DNA of 64,000 nucleotides from the human T2T-CHM13v2.0 reference genome, Homo sapiens, in NCBI RefSeq assembly GCF_009914755.1, contig NC_060932.1; one strand, given 5' to 3'. A program made the translations under genes and the position numbers. The notes below the pieces were generated by a model, which was not told the DNA's origin, made no database searches, and worked only from the letters and a program-made list of their open reading frames with translations. Below are positions 39,351 through 53,400 of this stretch, piece by piece (position 1 is the stretch's first letter; the number at the start of each line of letters is the position of its first letter).

Positions 39351-39521
39351 GTTTTCGCCTCTGCTTCTCTTTCTGAAACTATACTCTGCTTTCTGTGGTC
39401 AGTTTGCAAGCGTACAAGATAAATAGCAACCCTACCACATGGGGCTTATAGACTATATGGGGATGTGAGACCTAAGTATGAGAAAAGGTAAAACCTACTC
39501 CAGGATTTAAACAAAATTTGA

Positions 39522-39927
<406 letters not shown>

Positions 39928-40118
39928 GAGTAGAGTTTTAATAGAACGAAGAAAGGAGGACCTCCTGGACAGAAGAACACTGAAATAACACTGTGGAGTC
40001 ACGAAAGTGCAGGAGTGTGAGGAACTTGGAGGCCGCAGTTGTGGCTAGAGCAGAGGGTTTGTTCTGCAACAGTGGGAGAGGAAGCTGACAAGAGATGTTG
40101 GGACTGGGAGTCTGTGTC

Positions 40119-40294
40119 AGAGTTATCAACTAAAAATTCAGATGCTCAGTTAAACGTAAATTTCAGATGAACAACAAATAATATTTTAGTCTATGTTCCC
40201 AAATGCTGCATGGGTCACACTTACACTAAATAAAATTGTCTTTTATCTGAAATTCAAATTTATCTGGCCATCTTGCACTTTACCTGGCATTTTG
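40119..40294. mobile_element. MER53 palindromic hAT MITE
   Basis: Inverted arms aatttcagatgaacaacaaat / attgtcttttatctgaaatt around a tcccaaatgctgcatggg centre. Confidence 0.8.
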
Positions 40295-43200
40295 TCTGAT
40301 CTTATATACCAAGTCAAGGATTATGTCCTTGACCTTGAGTCACCGAGAATTTTAAAGAGAGGAGTAAACTGAAGAATAAACTTGAGTCAACTTGACAAAA
40401 TACCAGAATGGCTGGGAGAGAGAGTTTAGAGGCAGGAAGATTGGCTCTGGTGTATTCTACCCTCATTTAAACCCCTGGCCTCACATATATAGAGAGAGAA
40501 TTCTCCTGATAGCTTACTAGACAAAGATATATTTGTTCTTTCCATGACTTAGAGAATTATGGAATGTAAGGATGCTGGATAAAAGCTTAGTGCCTACATG
40601 GTTGTGCTTCAAATGAACATTAATCCAGGCACCAAGGACTATTAATATAACCCATGAAGAGCTGGCATCAGGAACCCATCATCTATCACCAGTGGAGGGG
40701 GAACACCTATAGCTCTTTGCAGAGTTCTTCCATCAGTGAATCTTAGTGAGGGGCATGGTTCCTGAAATATTGTTGCTTTGTTTTAATTTAGAGCTCACAA
40801 AGATAAGGAAGAAGTTTAAATAGTAATGTTCTTAAACAAACTTAGATAACACTGGGACATGCCTTTTATTCATTTTTAGAGATTTATCTGGTTGCCAATT
40901 AAAGTTAGGTTTTCATATTGAATGCCTTTTTACTCTCTCAACAGCATAAAAAAATCTTTTTTTCTAGATAAAGGAATCTCTAAGGTTATGTTTTTAACAC
41001 AATTTTCAGAAGAGTTTTTTCTCTCTTTTTATCTAATTTTATCAAATTTATCAAATTGCATCTAATTGGCTGAAATTCAGCCTGTTGAAAACTCACAGTA
41101 TTATACATCTTGTTGATGCTTTTGATTATTTCCTCAAGTGATTTTATTAAATATTTTCACTGAAAGAGAACTAGGCAATTATTACAATTCTGAAATTAAT
41201 TTTAGAAAATACTGGAATGTATGAAAATATTTTTCTTTTTCCATTAATAAAATAAGTTAAAATGAATATTTGCAGAATTCTATTAATAATATAGCTGGTC
41301 CAAGTGTTCACATTTGTCGTTTGGTGCAAAGACAGGTAGAAATTAATATCAGATGCTCTGACACTACAGACAGCTGAGCTCTTATTCTCAAAACATTTTA
41401 ATGAGAACACTAGGTGCATATACCTGGCAACAACCTTCTTTAGAAGCACAGGTGACTCATTTTAGTTGATAAGCATGCTTTACTTTTTAGAATCAGGAGT
41501 GTGGAGTGGTGGGAGGCAAATTATTTCTAGCATGCGATGCTTTCTTACACATAAACGTAAATATGTAACACCAAAGAGACATTCTTTTACCATTCAATCT
41601 CCTAAAGGTGATATTGTTTTATGAAATGAGGACATTCAGGTGCAAAGATTATAGAAAGTTATCTCCATTTGATTCTTATGCTAAAAGTCAACCAAAGAAA
41701 CCCAATCAGTAAAACACCCTATGCAGAACATCCAGAGACTCATTCTAGAGGACTAATCTAGAAGGTCCACCAGTTCAGAATGCAAGGCCTAGATCGCCAA
41801 TGACATCCAAGTCTGTCAAGATTCTGATGGAAGTTGAACTGCTCCAGTAACCTGCGTATGCTGAATACTGGTCAGGGCTATGCTGCTCTCATCACCAAGG
41901 GGACAGCAGGGGTAAATCTGCTCATCCAGGTCATGCACCTTTTGCAGTCTTTGTGCTCTGAGCCCAGGAACTTGAGATTAAGTGGTCAGAATCAGCTGAT
42001 AGATATGTTTATGTACTAACCACTTGAGTTCATTTGGGTTGAAGCTATTGATCTTCGGTTGGAATTGTACCATTCTCTGTATAGCCAGAATCCTTAGCTT
42101 GCAGCTACTGAAGAAAATACTTAAGGATCATGAAAATGAATTCAAATTTAGGGAAATTACTTTCTTTCCAAATGTTGTGCCAAATTCAATAGTTTCATCT
42201 TGGAATTACTGTTAAAATGTCTTTCACTGTTTTGACCTTCTTTACCCCTAGTTCATTGTCTCAAACACGTTGGATTAGCTTTGCCCATATTCACCAGTCA
42301 AATCCTCCTTCGACAGTTATCCAGTGACCTTTTCTCCTTCCCTTTTCAGAATGAGATAATATACATAAATCCCTGTAGCAAATAAACACAAGACTTACTC
42401 CAGTATAGATTTCCATAAAGCTAAGGCAAAAAGAAAGCACAGAAGCAGAAGTAGCAAGATTTTGGTTTTTTGAACTTATTCCCAAATTCTGTTCTCATTT
42501 TGACTTGTGGGCTGTTGCTTATTTCATCACTGCCTAAGTTTTGTTTCCCCGGCTTACGTTTCCTCTTTCGGTCCCTCAAAATATGCATTATATAAATTTT
42601 CAGCTAGGTTTATTGAAGACTAGGTATGCTGGGATAAGTACTAAAGAAAAGCTTTAGTTTGGCTTAGAAGAAGATCAGCATTTCCTTTCATGTAGAGAAG
42701 GTTTCTAAGGCCTACTTTCTGATATCTTCTTACATAATATGGGATAACTGTATCTTTTTAAAAATAGACCTGATGCCCTTTGCCTGGGGCTAGCAAAAAG
42801 CCTTTTTGGAGGTGAATTAGTTTGACTTTTAAAATCTATATCATATAAGCTAAGAATCTTTGGGAGAAGAGAAGCTGGCATGCACATACTTTTTTCTTTT
42901 CCTGTTTTTTGGATGGATGACCCATCAAAACTTGCCAAAAATATGATTGAAATATGCATTTTCATCTGATGGAGAAGTCTATAAATTGTTGGGTAATCTT
43001 TTAGAGTTTTCCAAATCTGGCAATCTGCTACATGAACCGAGAGAGAACATTCATGAAGAAAATGTATTCTTCACTACTTACTCAATGTGAACGAAGATGC
43101 TTCTTTACCCAGCCAAGAACTCAGCTATATTATGCATACAAGTAATGGCCATTAGCATGTAGAACAACACTGATTTTTATCAAAGATGAAGTTAAACACA

Positions 43201-46200
43201 TCATGTTTTTGTTTGTGGAAGCAGTGCTATGTTGGGGTCAGTGAAGATGGTTCTCTGAGGAGATGAAGCCGAAGCTTAGGGTAGGCAGCCATAAGGATGG
43301 TGGGAAGTGTTAAGAATCCTGCCACTGGTGAGACCAAATAGGAGTCTGGATACTTTGAAGAAAACTGCAGGAGACCTAGAAGGATGTTTGCAACATAAGG
43401 GAAGAAGGAGCTGTCCAAGAAAGGTGGCTCCCTGGTATGCCAACAGTCTTCCTTCTCAATTTGATATTAAAAATGTGTTAAAACAGCTTCATAATTTTTG
43501 CAAATAACTCTTAAAAGTTCAGAAATCTTTCTTTTTTAGATGACTTAGCTTTTAAATACAAGAAAATATTGTTGGTGCAAATGAATATATAAATATTTTA
43601 ACACTTTAAAAGCTCCTAGAACCCATTTAAATGATTACTTGTCAAATGAGTATATTTCTTGTCTCTAGATCACTCTTACAGGTTAAAGCAAAAGATGACT
43701 GTATGAATTCCATTCTGTGAAAACAGCATCCAGTGTTTTACTGATTGAAGGATGCAGTGCAATAAAATTTGCCAGTTTAATATCATTCTCTGAACTAATG
43801 CATGGATTGGAGTTTCTGGATCCATGGTATCATGTGCTTATATATTTTATTATTTTGGCATGAAATTTTTTCTGCTGTGTTGGGAAGCCACATGTAACCT
43901 GGTGTCCTTTGCCTTCTAAAATAAAGAAAAGTTAGCATTCAAACGTTTTTTGTGCAGCACATAATAACAATACAATGCAATCTGAAATCCTTCCAACAGA
44001 GGGCTCTATGGGTTTGATTTAGAACAAGAAAGAAAGTGAGAGAAAACTGCTTGGGTTTAGGTTGCTATAGTAAATTCTGTATTATACTTAAAAATAGAAC
44101 TGATAAAAATGGAGTCAGTTGAGTTGAACTGGAAGAATCATCCAAAGATGAAATGTAAGATCTACTCTCACAAGACAGAATTTCATAATTCTTTGAATTG
44201 ATGTTCTTTTCGAAAGACAAAATATATTTTACCATCTATAAATAAGAAAGTAGGCAAATGAGAGATAATCCATGCTTTAAAGTACTATTAATATTACCTC
44301 ATTCAGTTACATTTAAAAGGAAAAAAGGAGCTACTGCATTCATTCTCTTCTTGGAGACATTTTATCTTTGCTGTTGGCAAATAATTTAGTGTTGGTATAA
44401 GCAGATGTATTATGTACATAAAATGCATTGTAAATATTGAATACACAAAATATATGTTTGCATACATGCACAATGCAAAATGTTACTAAAATATTTTACA
44501 AAAAGAAGTGATACTACTTAAAAGGTAAAGAACAAAAGCATAAGAAAAGCTAAAGTGCAATATATTTTGTTACCTATGCCTGCCACGAAGCTGACTTTTT
44601 CAAAATGTTAGGCCTAGCTTTTTAATTCTATTTTCAGATTGTAAAGGTTTACAATATATACATTCAAGCAAAATAAATAATAAACAAAAGCAATAAATTA
44701 CTTTTGGACTCTGGAGCTTTGTCTTCTGATTTTAAGAAATGCTTTATTATATCTGATCTTTTTCAGTGTTCTTTGAAATGCATGGGCTCAAAGCATTCGA
44801 TAAACAGACAGCTTTTTAAATTTTTAACCCATCTTATTATGTCTACTTGAAAATGTTTATTTCATTTGGTGTAGAGATGCTTTAATGGCACAACTAATAT
44901 TCTATTATTTAAATAAATGTTTTTGAAGTCTGGACATATTTTCTAAAATATACTTATCTAAAATTCCAGAATTATCCCTTTAAAATACTCTCTAAGTGTC
45001 ATTTAGAAACACTGGCATCTTAATAAATGCCTGTGTTTACAACCAGAATGTTTGCTTATAGATATTCTTGAATACAAATGAAGATTATAATTTATTATTC
45101 TGGATAAACCATTAGTATATAAACATGTAATGTATATATTGATAATACATAATACTAGTAAATGTACTTTGTGTATATATTTATATTCAAGTACATTATT
45201 TTTGTATGTATTTATCTAATACTATATTAGTTCATTTGGTATTTATAATCCATATTTTCCAATAAATATATAGTTATTTTTGATATAGTGGCTTTCACCT
45301 CCTAAAATTTTGCTTTTATCAAATATGATTCTTCAATATGACAATGTTAATCAACAAATTTCTTGTTCATTTTGAATAGTATGTTTATAACATATAAACA
45401 AGATCTACTATGATTTGTTATCAAGCAGATAAAATTTGGTTTGATATTCTATAAAATCATTTTCAATGATTTTTTTAAATTTGGAAAACATTTAACACAG
45501 ACAGGATACTTTAAACACAATTGCAGCCTGAGTATTCATATGGAGTGTGATTAGCAGTTCTTATATATTTCCATTTGTCTTTTGTTTTCTTTTTAAATGA
45601 ATTATGAAAGAGAGATCTCTAATAAGATCCAAAGAAGATTCAAACCCAAACATTTACAGTTCTACCAGTTATTTTTAAACATACATAAAGGTTGTTTTTT
45701 GACATAGTTTTACTGAGGAAAAATATCTTTTCTAATTTTCGTTTCATTTTGTTTAAACTATCTGGAGCATGAATTATGACTTTTGATGGATTTCCTAATA
45801 AAGATGCAGTAGCAGCAAACAACTTTGGCTTCATAGGGCTGCTATTTTCATATTGTAAGATTTTACATGTATTTCTGGAATTCTTACTTGTAAATTCTTC
45901 CAGAATATTTTCCTCTTTACAAGTACAGAGAATTATTTTATTTGATTTGTTTTTAACTCATCAACAATGAACTTAAAGACATAGCACTGCGCCTTTTGGC
46001 CAGGAACTGAAAGTGCAGAGGACAGAATGCATATGAAACACATATAGACAGTATCTTTTGCTAAAATGATTGTCCCTTTTTTTGTCATGGGCTCCAGATA
46101 TTTTCATAACTTTATCCAGGTGGAGGTTAACCTTCATCAATATTTTAATTTTTTAATTTAAGAGATGATTACATTTAACGCCATGTTAAATGCTGAGTAA

Positions 46201-46639
46201 GGATAATGTAGACACATTTGGGACTCAATTTTGATTAAAAGTAACAATTATCTATATCAAAGCCCACTATTATATAATGTCAATAACATGTATCTATAGG
46301 TAATTTTTTTAAAAAAATAGTCATCAGTACTACACCCCATCAAATTTACACCAAGGCACAAATCAGCATTATTTACATCTTTGAGTATTGCTTTTATGGT
46401 TATATGAAAAAAAAGAGAAAAAAACCAATAATATTTCTTAAAATCAGCACACAAAGGTAATGGTTTGCTTTGTGCACCTGCCAGTTTGGGTTGCTATTAA
46501 AGCCACCCTGGAAATTCTCCTGTCTTTGTGCAATATTTTATGCTTTTCCTTTCTTCAGGGCAGATTGGTTCTGCCTGCACTTTATTCCTGAACCCACGTT
46601 CATTCAAAATGGATTGCCATACTTAAATGCTCTATCTAG

Positions 46640-46748
46640 TGCTGCTGCTGCCGCTGCTGCTGCTGACTAATAATGCCCCTCCCCCACTCCAGCTCCCACC
46701 CCATCATACTCCGGTGATTTCTCCTCTCTCTCTTTCTCTCTCTCTCTC
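46640..46748. repeat. (GCT)3GCC(GCT)4 followed by (CT)n tract
   Basis: 46641-46665 and ~46719-46748, directly visible. Confidence 0.9.
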
Positions 46749-48264
46749 AGGCACCAGTGGCCCTATTGTCAACAAAGAATTCATAATGGTGAAGTACTCA
46801 GCAGTAATTTTGGTGATGTTTTCCCTTGCCTGTTTTGAAAGTATTTCTGAAGAGTATAAATAAATGTGCCCTAAACTCTCCCCCTTTCTCTAGGCTGATA
46901 TTTGGAGCTAAGCTCTCATTAGAAGGGCGCCTCAGAACTGCAGTGGCTGGAATGCTTTCAGGGAATAAATGCGTGGCTCAATGGCTCCCTCTCTTTTTAG
47001 TAATATTAGCACCATATAGATTTAATAACGGGGTGGTTGAAAACATTTTGATGATGGGGCAGTTTCTGTGATCTGCCAGGGAAAGCATCTGATTTGCTCA
47101 TGTACCAATTAATTATTAAAGCAACTGAAAATACAAGCTACTGTGCTTCCCTCCTGCAAAAGGGTGATGGGTGTGTGTGTGTGAGTGTGTGTGTGTCACA
47201 TGTCTGTGCTCTTGGGCTCATGTTTATACATATCTGTATATTACTTAGAAGGGAAGCTTGGTCAGAAATTTCTTCATTTTGACCTTGAAGTCGCTGGGAG
47301 ATTTTCTGTGTGTGTCTGGTAGAGTAATATTTCGATGTAGTAGGAGCACAATCCTTTCTCTTTTCCCTTTTAATTTTTCCTTCCTCCACACTAAATGAGC
47401 CACAGCCAAACATCACTTTTAATTTTAACTTCTATTTCTGGCCTGTATTTTATTAGCACCTTTTCTGTTTTACAGTCTACTCACTGATATGGCACCAGAT
47501 CTGTTGTAAGCAAACAATACGGTTTTGTTTCATGTTCCAATAAACACTATTCTACTGTATGGTGTATCTCCTGTATTTTGTACCTTAATAGACTTGGTTA
47601 GGTTTGGGGAGACTATTCCATGATATATAGACCTAGGTTCATCCTTTTTTCAGATTCTGGGGCTCACTAAAGTTTTAAGGTAAAGAGATAGCAGATTTTT
47701 GGGTTATTGTAAAATTTATTGCTTTGTATTGTGACAATAGTGTTCATATGCCTGACATCCTCATAATAATATTAAGCTCTATTTTTTTGTGTGATGTACT
47801 TTATACATTTGTATAAATGTCACAGCCTGTAATCACTTCCTTTGTCATCGACGATTAATCTAAAAAAATCGAATAATTCACTGCCCCTTGCCATTTACAT
47901 ATCGTCTGCTGCCATCTGCTCTTCTCAGCAGCAGTAAATGATGGGTAATTAACTCAGTGCCTTTGTCTTTCCCTTGCTGAATGTCTGACACATATAGATT
48001 TTTCTCTGTGTGTGTGTTTGTGCGTGTGTGTGTATGTGCATGTAAGAGGAAGAGGGAGGGAACGAGAGAGGAAAGAGCAAAAAAGAGTGAATGATATTGC
48101 AAATATGGAAGTCAGCACAAGCTAATTTCAGGAGAAAAAGCCAAAGATACTGGATCAGAGAAGGAACCATATCTCAGGACCTTATGTCTTCTCAAGCCAA
48201 AAGAAAGAGCTGCTGGAACAATGGCTGCTTTGCACAAGCGAGAAGCGCTTTTCTAAAACCTTAG

Positions 48265-48276
48265 AGGTCAAGGTCA
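48265..48276 (+). promoter_or_regulatory. Perfect DR0 nuclear-receptor element AGGTCAAGGTCA
   Basis: Exact consensus containing TCAAGGTCA; motif match only. Confidence 0.4.
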
Positions 48277-51200
48277 CAATGCAAAATCAAGTGAAGTTCC
48301 ATAAGTTATTCCTATCTACCGGTGTCAAATACAGATCATGTAAATGACACCAAGTGTAGGGTACCCAAAACCCACATAAACGTTCTAATTAACTTCTGAA
48401 CTGGTAACCGGAATCTCTGTTTTAGGAAACGGTTATAGAAAGAAAATCTCAGTTGGTCTTGAGTTTTGATACATTTTTTAAAATACGAAGTATAAAGGAC
48501 AACTTACAAGAGCTTGTCAAACTGGGAAGTATGTAGAAATTCTTATTTTAAAGGAAAACAATCTCACTATCTTGGACTTTCCCAAACTTCATATTAAAGT
48601 ATCATTTCCTCCTGGTGCCACCCAAGAGTGCATTAGAAAGGAATCCCACACTATTTTGAATACTTTAAATAAAATATGACTCTAATAATTCTTGTCTAAG
48701 ACATATATCTTGTTACATAAAATATTATTTGAAAGGTGGTTAATTTTGATAACATTAAAATAAAAATAATTAAAAGGTAAAATTTTAAGGGAGATAAGAA
48801 TCTGGCTTGATCAAACATGATTTTTATGGTATGTAAAGTTAGACCACATAGACCAAGGAACAGAAATCTACCTTAATTTTTTTCACATGGAATTACTAAA
48901 GCACACTTTAAATCAAGATAATAGGTTTTGCTGTTGGTAACTTAAGCATACTAAATCCAATTCTTGTTTTCAAGGAGTTTACCATTTATATTTGCATATA
49001 AAGACATACATATATAATATTTATTCAATCAACCAAAGGAGTACAACATAGGGATTTAAGATCGTGATCTTATATTCTTTAAGATTTTTGTCACTTGGTG
49101 TTCTCAAGGTTTGAGTGCTCTTTGAACTTATTACTGGAAGAGGAAGTTCAACATCAAATCCAGAGAAATTCTTGCAGCCCTTTTTTGTGTATGTAAGGCT
49201 TTCTATGTGATACCTTTATCATGAATCCCAGCCCTGTATCTCTACTTTTCTGTATGCTCAATGGTTATGAAGACATTCTCCTATTTTTCCATCATAAATG
49301 TCATGAATGCTTAAAAACATTTACCTTTTGGCTTAATTGCAATATTTGTGGTTAATTCAGCATCTATCACCACAAGACATCTGAAGGTTAAACAATTTGC
49401 CTACCATCATAAAATAACTGGACACCACTGGAAGGCCATTTAATTGTTAAATTATATTTTCTACATCAGTTTAAAATAACTTGCAGAGATGACTGAGTAT
49501 ATACATTATGTGATGAAATGACTAAAAGTCAATTACTAAGTCACTGAAATAAAGAAAGGAACATTATAAATGTAAAAACATGGCCTTCATCTCTCAGGGC
49601 TGTGTTAACTGTGTGAAGTACATACTTTATAAAACTATTTAAATTTCATAAACTTTTTATGACTTACAGGTAGATTTGTCGGCATCTAATTGAGTAAGAG
49701 ATTCTTGAAAGCTTTCATTGCAATCGTTAATTCAGCATCATTGTTCTCTCAGGCTGTTACGTGACCCAACAGGCTGGGGGAACAATATTGCTGAATATAA
49801 TTGGCATATGTCAGCAAAATATAATTAGTAACAAGCCTCTCTCTGAAATGCTCTTTTTGTTGGTTAAAAAAAGTTGAAGATTTCCTCTTGGATTAAATTA
49901 TAGCTTGGATTTCTCTCTCATTTAATTTTGGTAGATCTTAAAAAACAAGATGAATTAATTTAAATCTTGATTCGAGGAATATATATTGATTTCCTGTGTC
50001 TTGCTAACACTGGGAAGGGATTTCTTTCCTTCAGTAGGTTTTTAGTTTAATTCTGGGCATGAGAGCATTTTGTATAAGAAATATGGAGCAGTGTATTATC
50101 AAGGGCTATCCTGAATACACAGACTAAATTAAACCTCACCGACCCATTGAGTTTTGAAATAGCTTCAGTGACCACCCATTTCTGAGGGTTGTGAAAAAGC
50201 TGCCACAAAATCAGACTCTCAGCTTGCAGCTTCCTGCTTGGGAGTTACTGACACCAAAGACACTGAACTGCAGATGGTCTTGAATTGTTTATTCCAGCAC
50301 GTTCTATGTGCTTAACTTCAGGGGTATTATGCTAACATTGGTAATGGGGAAAAATATGTTACAATTATCTTCCAACTAACAGTATAAGAAAGAAGATAGA
50401 TATCTTTCACTAGAGGCAATTTTAGGGAAAAATGATACTGGGATATATAACATTTTAAATGAATACAGAATGTATACCAAATTGCTTTTGAGTGTGGTGG
50501 GGTAAGGAAAAGAACTTTGGAAAATTTCTTCAGAACCCAAGGTTGGAATGAAACATTATTTTAATGAAAAAAAATATCATTTAGAAATGTAATTTCACCT
50601 AAGAATGTTGTGACTTTGCAGTCATAGCCAAGTCTGAGTGAATGGTCCCATCTGACCCAGGCCACAGCTTCAGGGGCATGGCCCTGGAGGAGTAAGGAAG
50701 GTGAGGAAACATGCCTAGCCATCCATGTTGACCAAAACCTGCACTGGCAACCCATGGGGTGCTACATATCAAAGACAGGTCTCAGTCACATCTTCATTGC
50801 CAAGGTATTTCTCTCACATTATTAACCTAACCCAGCCTCACACCTTGAACTTCTTCCTCACTCATGCCCTCTCTAGGTCTGAGGTTCCTGGACATTATTC
50901 CTGCCTCCTAAGCAGCCTGTTCCTAATATTCCTGGCTTATCAGTCCTCACTTACTTTTTTTTGTTCCAGGTCCTGTGTTTCTGGTAGGTTCTCCTCCACT
51001 CATTTCTACTCCACATGAAACACAATTGCCCAGCATTTGCATTATATATCTCATGCACCATCATCACCATTTACTGCACAGAAATCATTTTCAACATGGA
51101 ACAGCTCTGCATATAGAATGAATTTCAAATGGCGAGGAGACAGAGAGGGAAATCTATATACACACAGATAATTTATTTCAAATCTTATGGGGAACTGTAG

Positions 51201-52089
51201 TTTACTCAAACTTTTGGTCATTTTAGGTTTATGCAATGAAATACAGCCTGCTTAGTAGAATTAGTTGAGTTTGGGTAAAGCTCTGGAAAGTCATAAAAAT
51301 AATCACACTTATTCAAAGGAGACAGAGGTAAGGGCTACCAACAAATTCTGCTTTTTCAATGATACTTACCCATAAGAAATAAAATAGAGGCCAAATAAGC
51401 TCATCACAAATAGGCAGGCTGTCACAGAGAGGTGTGATGTAGCAGCAGGTTCTAGATAGATCAAGTGATAGTGAAATATAGGCTATAGAAAAATTTGGTA
51501 AGTGCCAATGAAACTTCTGAAACACATGAATCAAAGGGGTGAATATATGAAATTAGATCTGCTTTATTAAAAGATTTTCAGCAGTTCCAATTAAAAAATA
51601 GTTCCCCTTGTTTATGAACACTTCATATAAGTTTTTCAAAATCATAGTTTATGTATGATCTTTCAGGGAGGCAGATTGATAGAGCGGCGAGCTAACTGAA
51701 CCACAAGAGGAGAGCAATGATGACAGGGCAGGGCACTGAATCTTGACAGGCCTCAGTTTTCTCATCTGTAACATGGGTCAGTGATTTGCAAACAACAGCT
51801 TGTGCAGGTGTAGGGATGTCATAAAGAGGCTGACAGTCATGGTTTCTAGGCTTTTCTCCCCAGGCTTTAGCTATATTGACTCTAATTTGCGTTTTCCATT
51901 TTGACTTGCCCATGATTTTTCTTTTCTTTTTTTTTTTTAAAGCAAGACTCCACAGCTGAAAAAAAAGTTTGAAAATTTTTGCTCTAAATATACTCAAGAG
52001 TTGTAGCATGGTACATAGAGGTAGGTAGGTTTTGGAACAGGCAAACCTGGTTTGAATTTTAACTGTGGCTCAGACAGAGTTGGAGGAGA

Positions 52090-52510
52090 AAAGAATGCAA
52101 GTTAAGAGTTGTATTTTAGAGAGATGGTCTTTGTAGTGCTATGAAGAATGGGTGTGGAGGAATAGAGGTGGGAAGCAGGAAAAACATTTACATTTAGAAG
52201 ATGTTTGAAATAGTTTATACATGAAATAATTAGCTCAACTTAGGCAAGGGCAATAGACATTGAATTGGAAGTATATATTTAAGAAACATTAGGGAAGTTT
52301 GAAAGAATAAGTACCATTAAGGTGTTTAGGATAAGGAAGTAGTTTAGAATGACTGCCTACTTTCTGATAACATTGCCTGGGCTGGGAAATCCAGAGAGGA
52401 ACACTTTCAGGTAAAAGTATGTTGAGTTCATGTTTGTACACATAGGATTTGATGAACCAATTGGATATATCTACCAGCGTCTAGAGTATAGAAATGAGAT
52501 CTGGGTAATA
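52090..52510 (-). mobile_element. L2 relic (MIR fragments at ~51690-51830 and ~52005-52070)
   Basis: tttagaatgactgcctactttctg, gttgagttcatgtttgtacacat; MIR core gcctcagttttctcatctgtaa. Confidence 0.5.
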
Positions 52511-52899
52511 TGGGGAAAATGAAAATATTTTATGTGTGAAAGTACAAAACTCATTAGAAACCATAGCAAAGAATTAAAACTTTTTCAAAGGAGGAAGTTC
52601 TGTGAGCAAATGAAGGCTGAATGTCCTTTGGCATCCATTATGTGTAGTGAATTAATTTTATTCCTATATATCTAGAATGATATTAGCTATATACCATCCT
52701 GGACGAATTTTAAAAATAGCTATAAAATCACTGCGTATGTATTTTGTGGTTCATAGAGGGGACCCTGTTGAGAGATGTGTGAAAAAAAATCCAAAACCTC
52801 ATTGAGCATGAGTGATACCCTTGAGGAGCTCATAGTACCGTGTACGATATGGACCTGCTTACAGATAACACTGGCAGTGTGAGTAGAGAAGTGTAACAG

Positions 52900-53400
52900 G
52901 ATTCAGGCAGTGAAGCAAGTCAGCTTCTGGTCTCTCTCTGCCTCTCTGTCTTCCTGTGTCTCCTACTCCAGCTCTTCATCTCTGTTTCTCCCTTTCAGTT
53001 CATCTTTCCTCTGCCTTGGCTTCTTGATCAAGTGACCACTCATTATAGCAAATCCTCCAGAAGTTCCAGGATGTTATCATTTTCCATTTAGCAACCTCAG
53101 TAAAAGAAAACATATTTTTCTCATCAGTTCCAGTAAAAGTCCCTGAAATAATTTATGTTGGCCTTGTTGTAGATCTTATACCTTTCCTGAACCAATAACC
53201 AAGGCCACGGGAATGGAATATGCCAATTCCTCAGGCCTGTATCGGGAGCTGCTGAAGGAGTGGTGTAAGTTCCAGCGATATAAATTCTATGAAGACGTCC
53301 CCTTTGGAGGAGCATGTGGAGTGGAAGCGGGTGAAGGGGATGCTCCTCCAAAGGCGATGTCATCATGGAAAAGCAGCAGTGCTATCAAGATCAGCAAGCC
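52900..53400 (-). mobile_element. Old MLT1 (J/K/L-like) LTR relic
   Basis: ttagcaacctcagtaaaaga, ttccagtaaaagtccc, cctgaaccaataaccaaggccacgggaatggaatatgc. Confidence 0.55.

Noticed and set aside
46470-46863. Poly-Ala and signal-peptide-like poly-Leu ORFs
   Set aside because: Produced by the (GCT)n and (CT)n repeats; no recognisable protein
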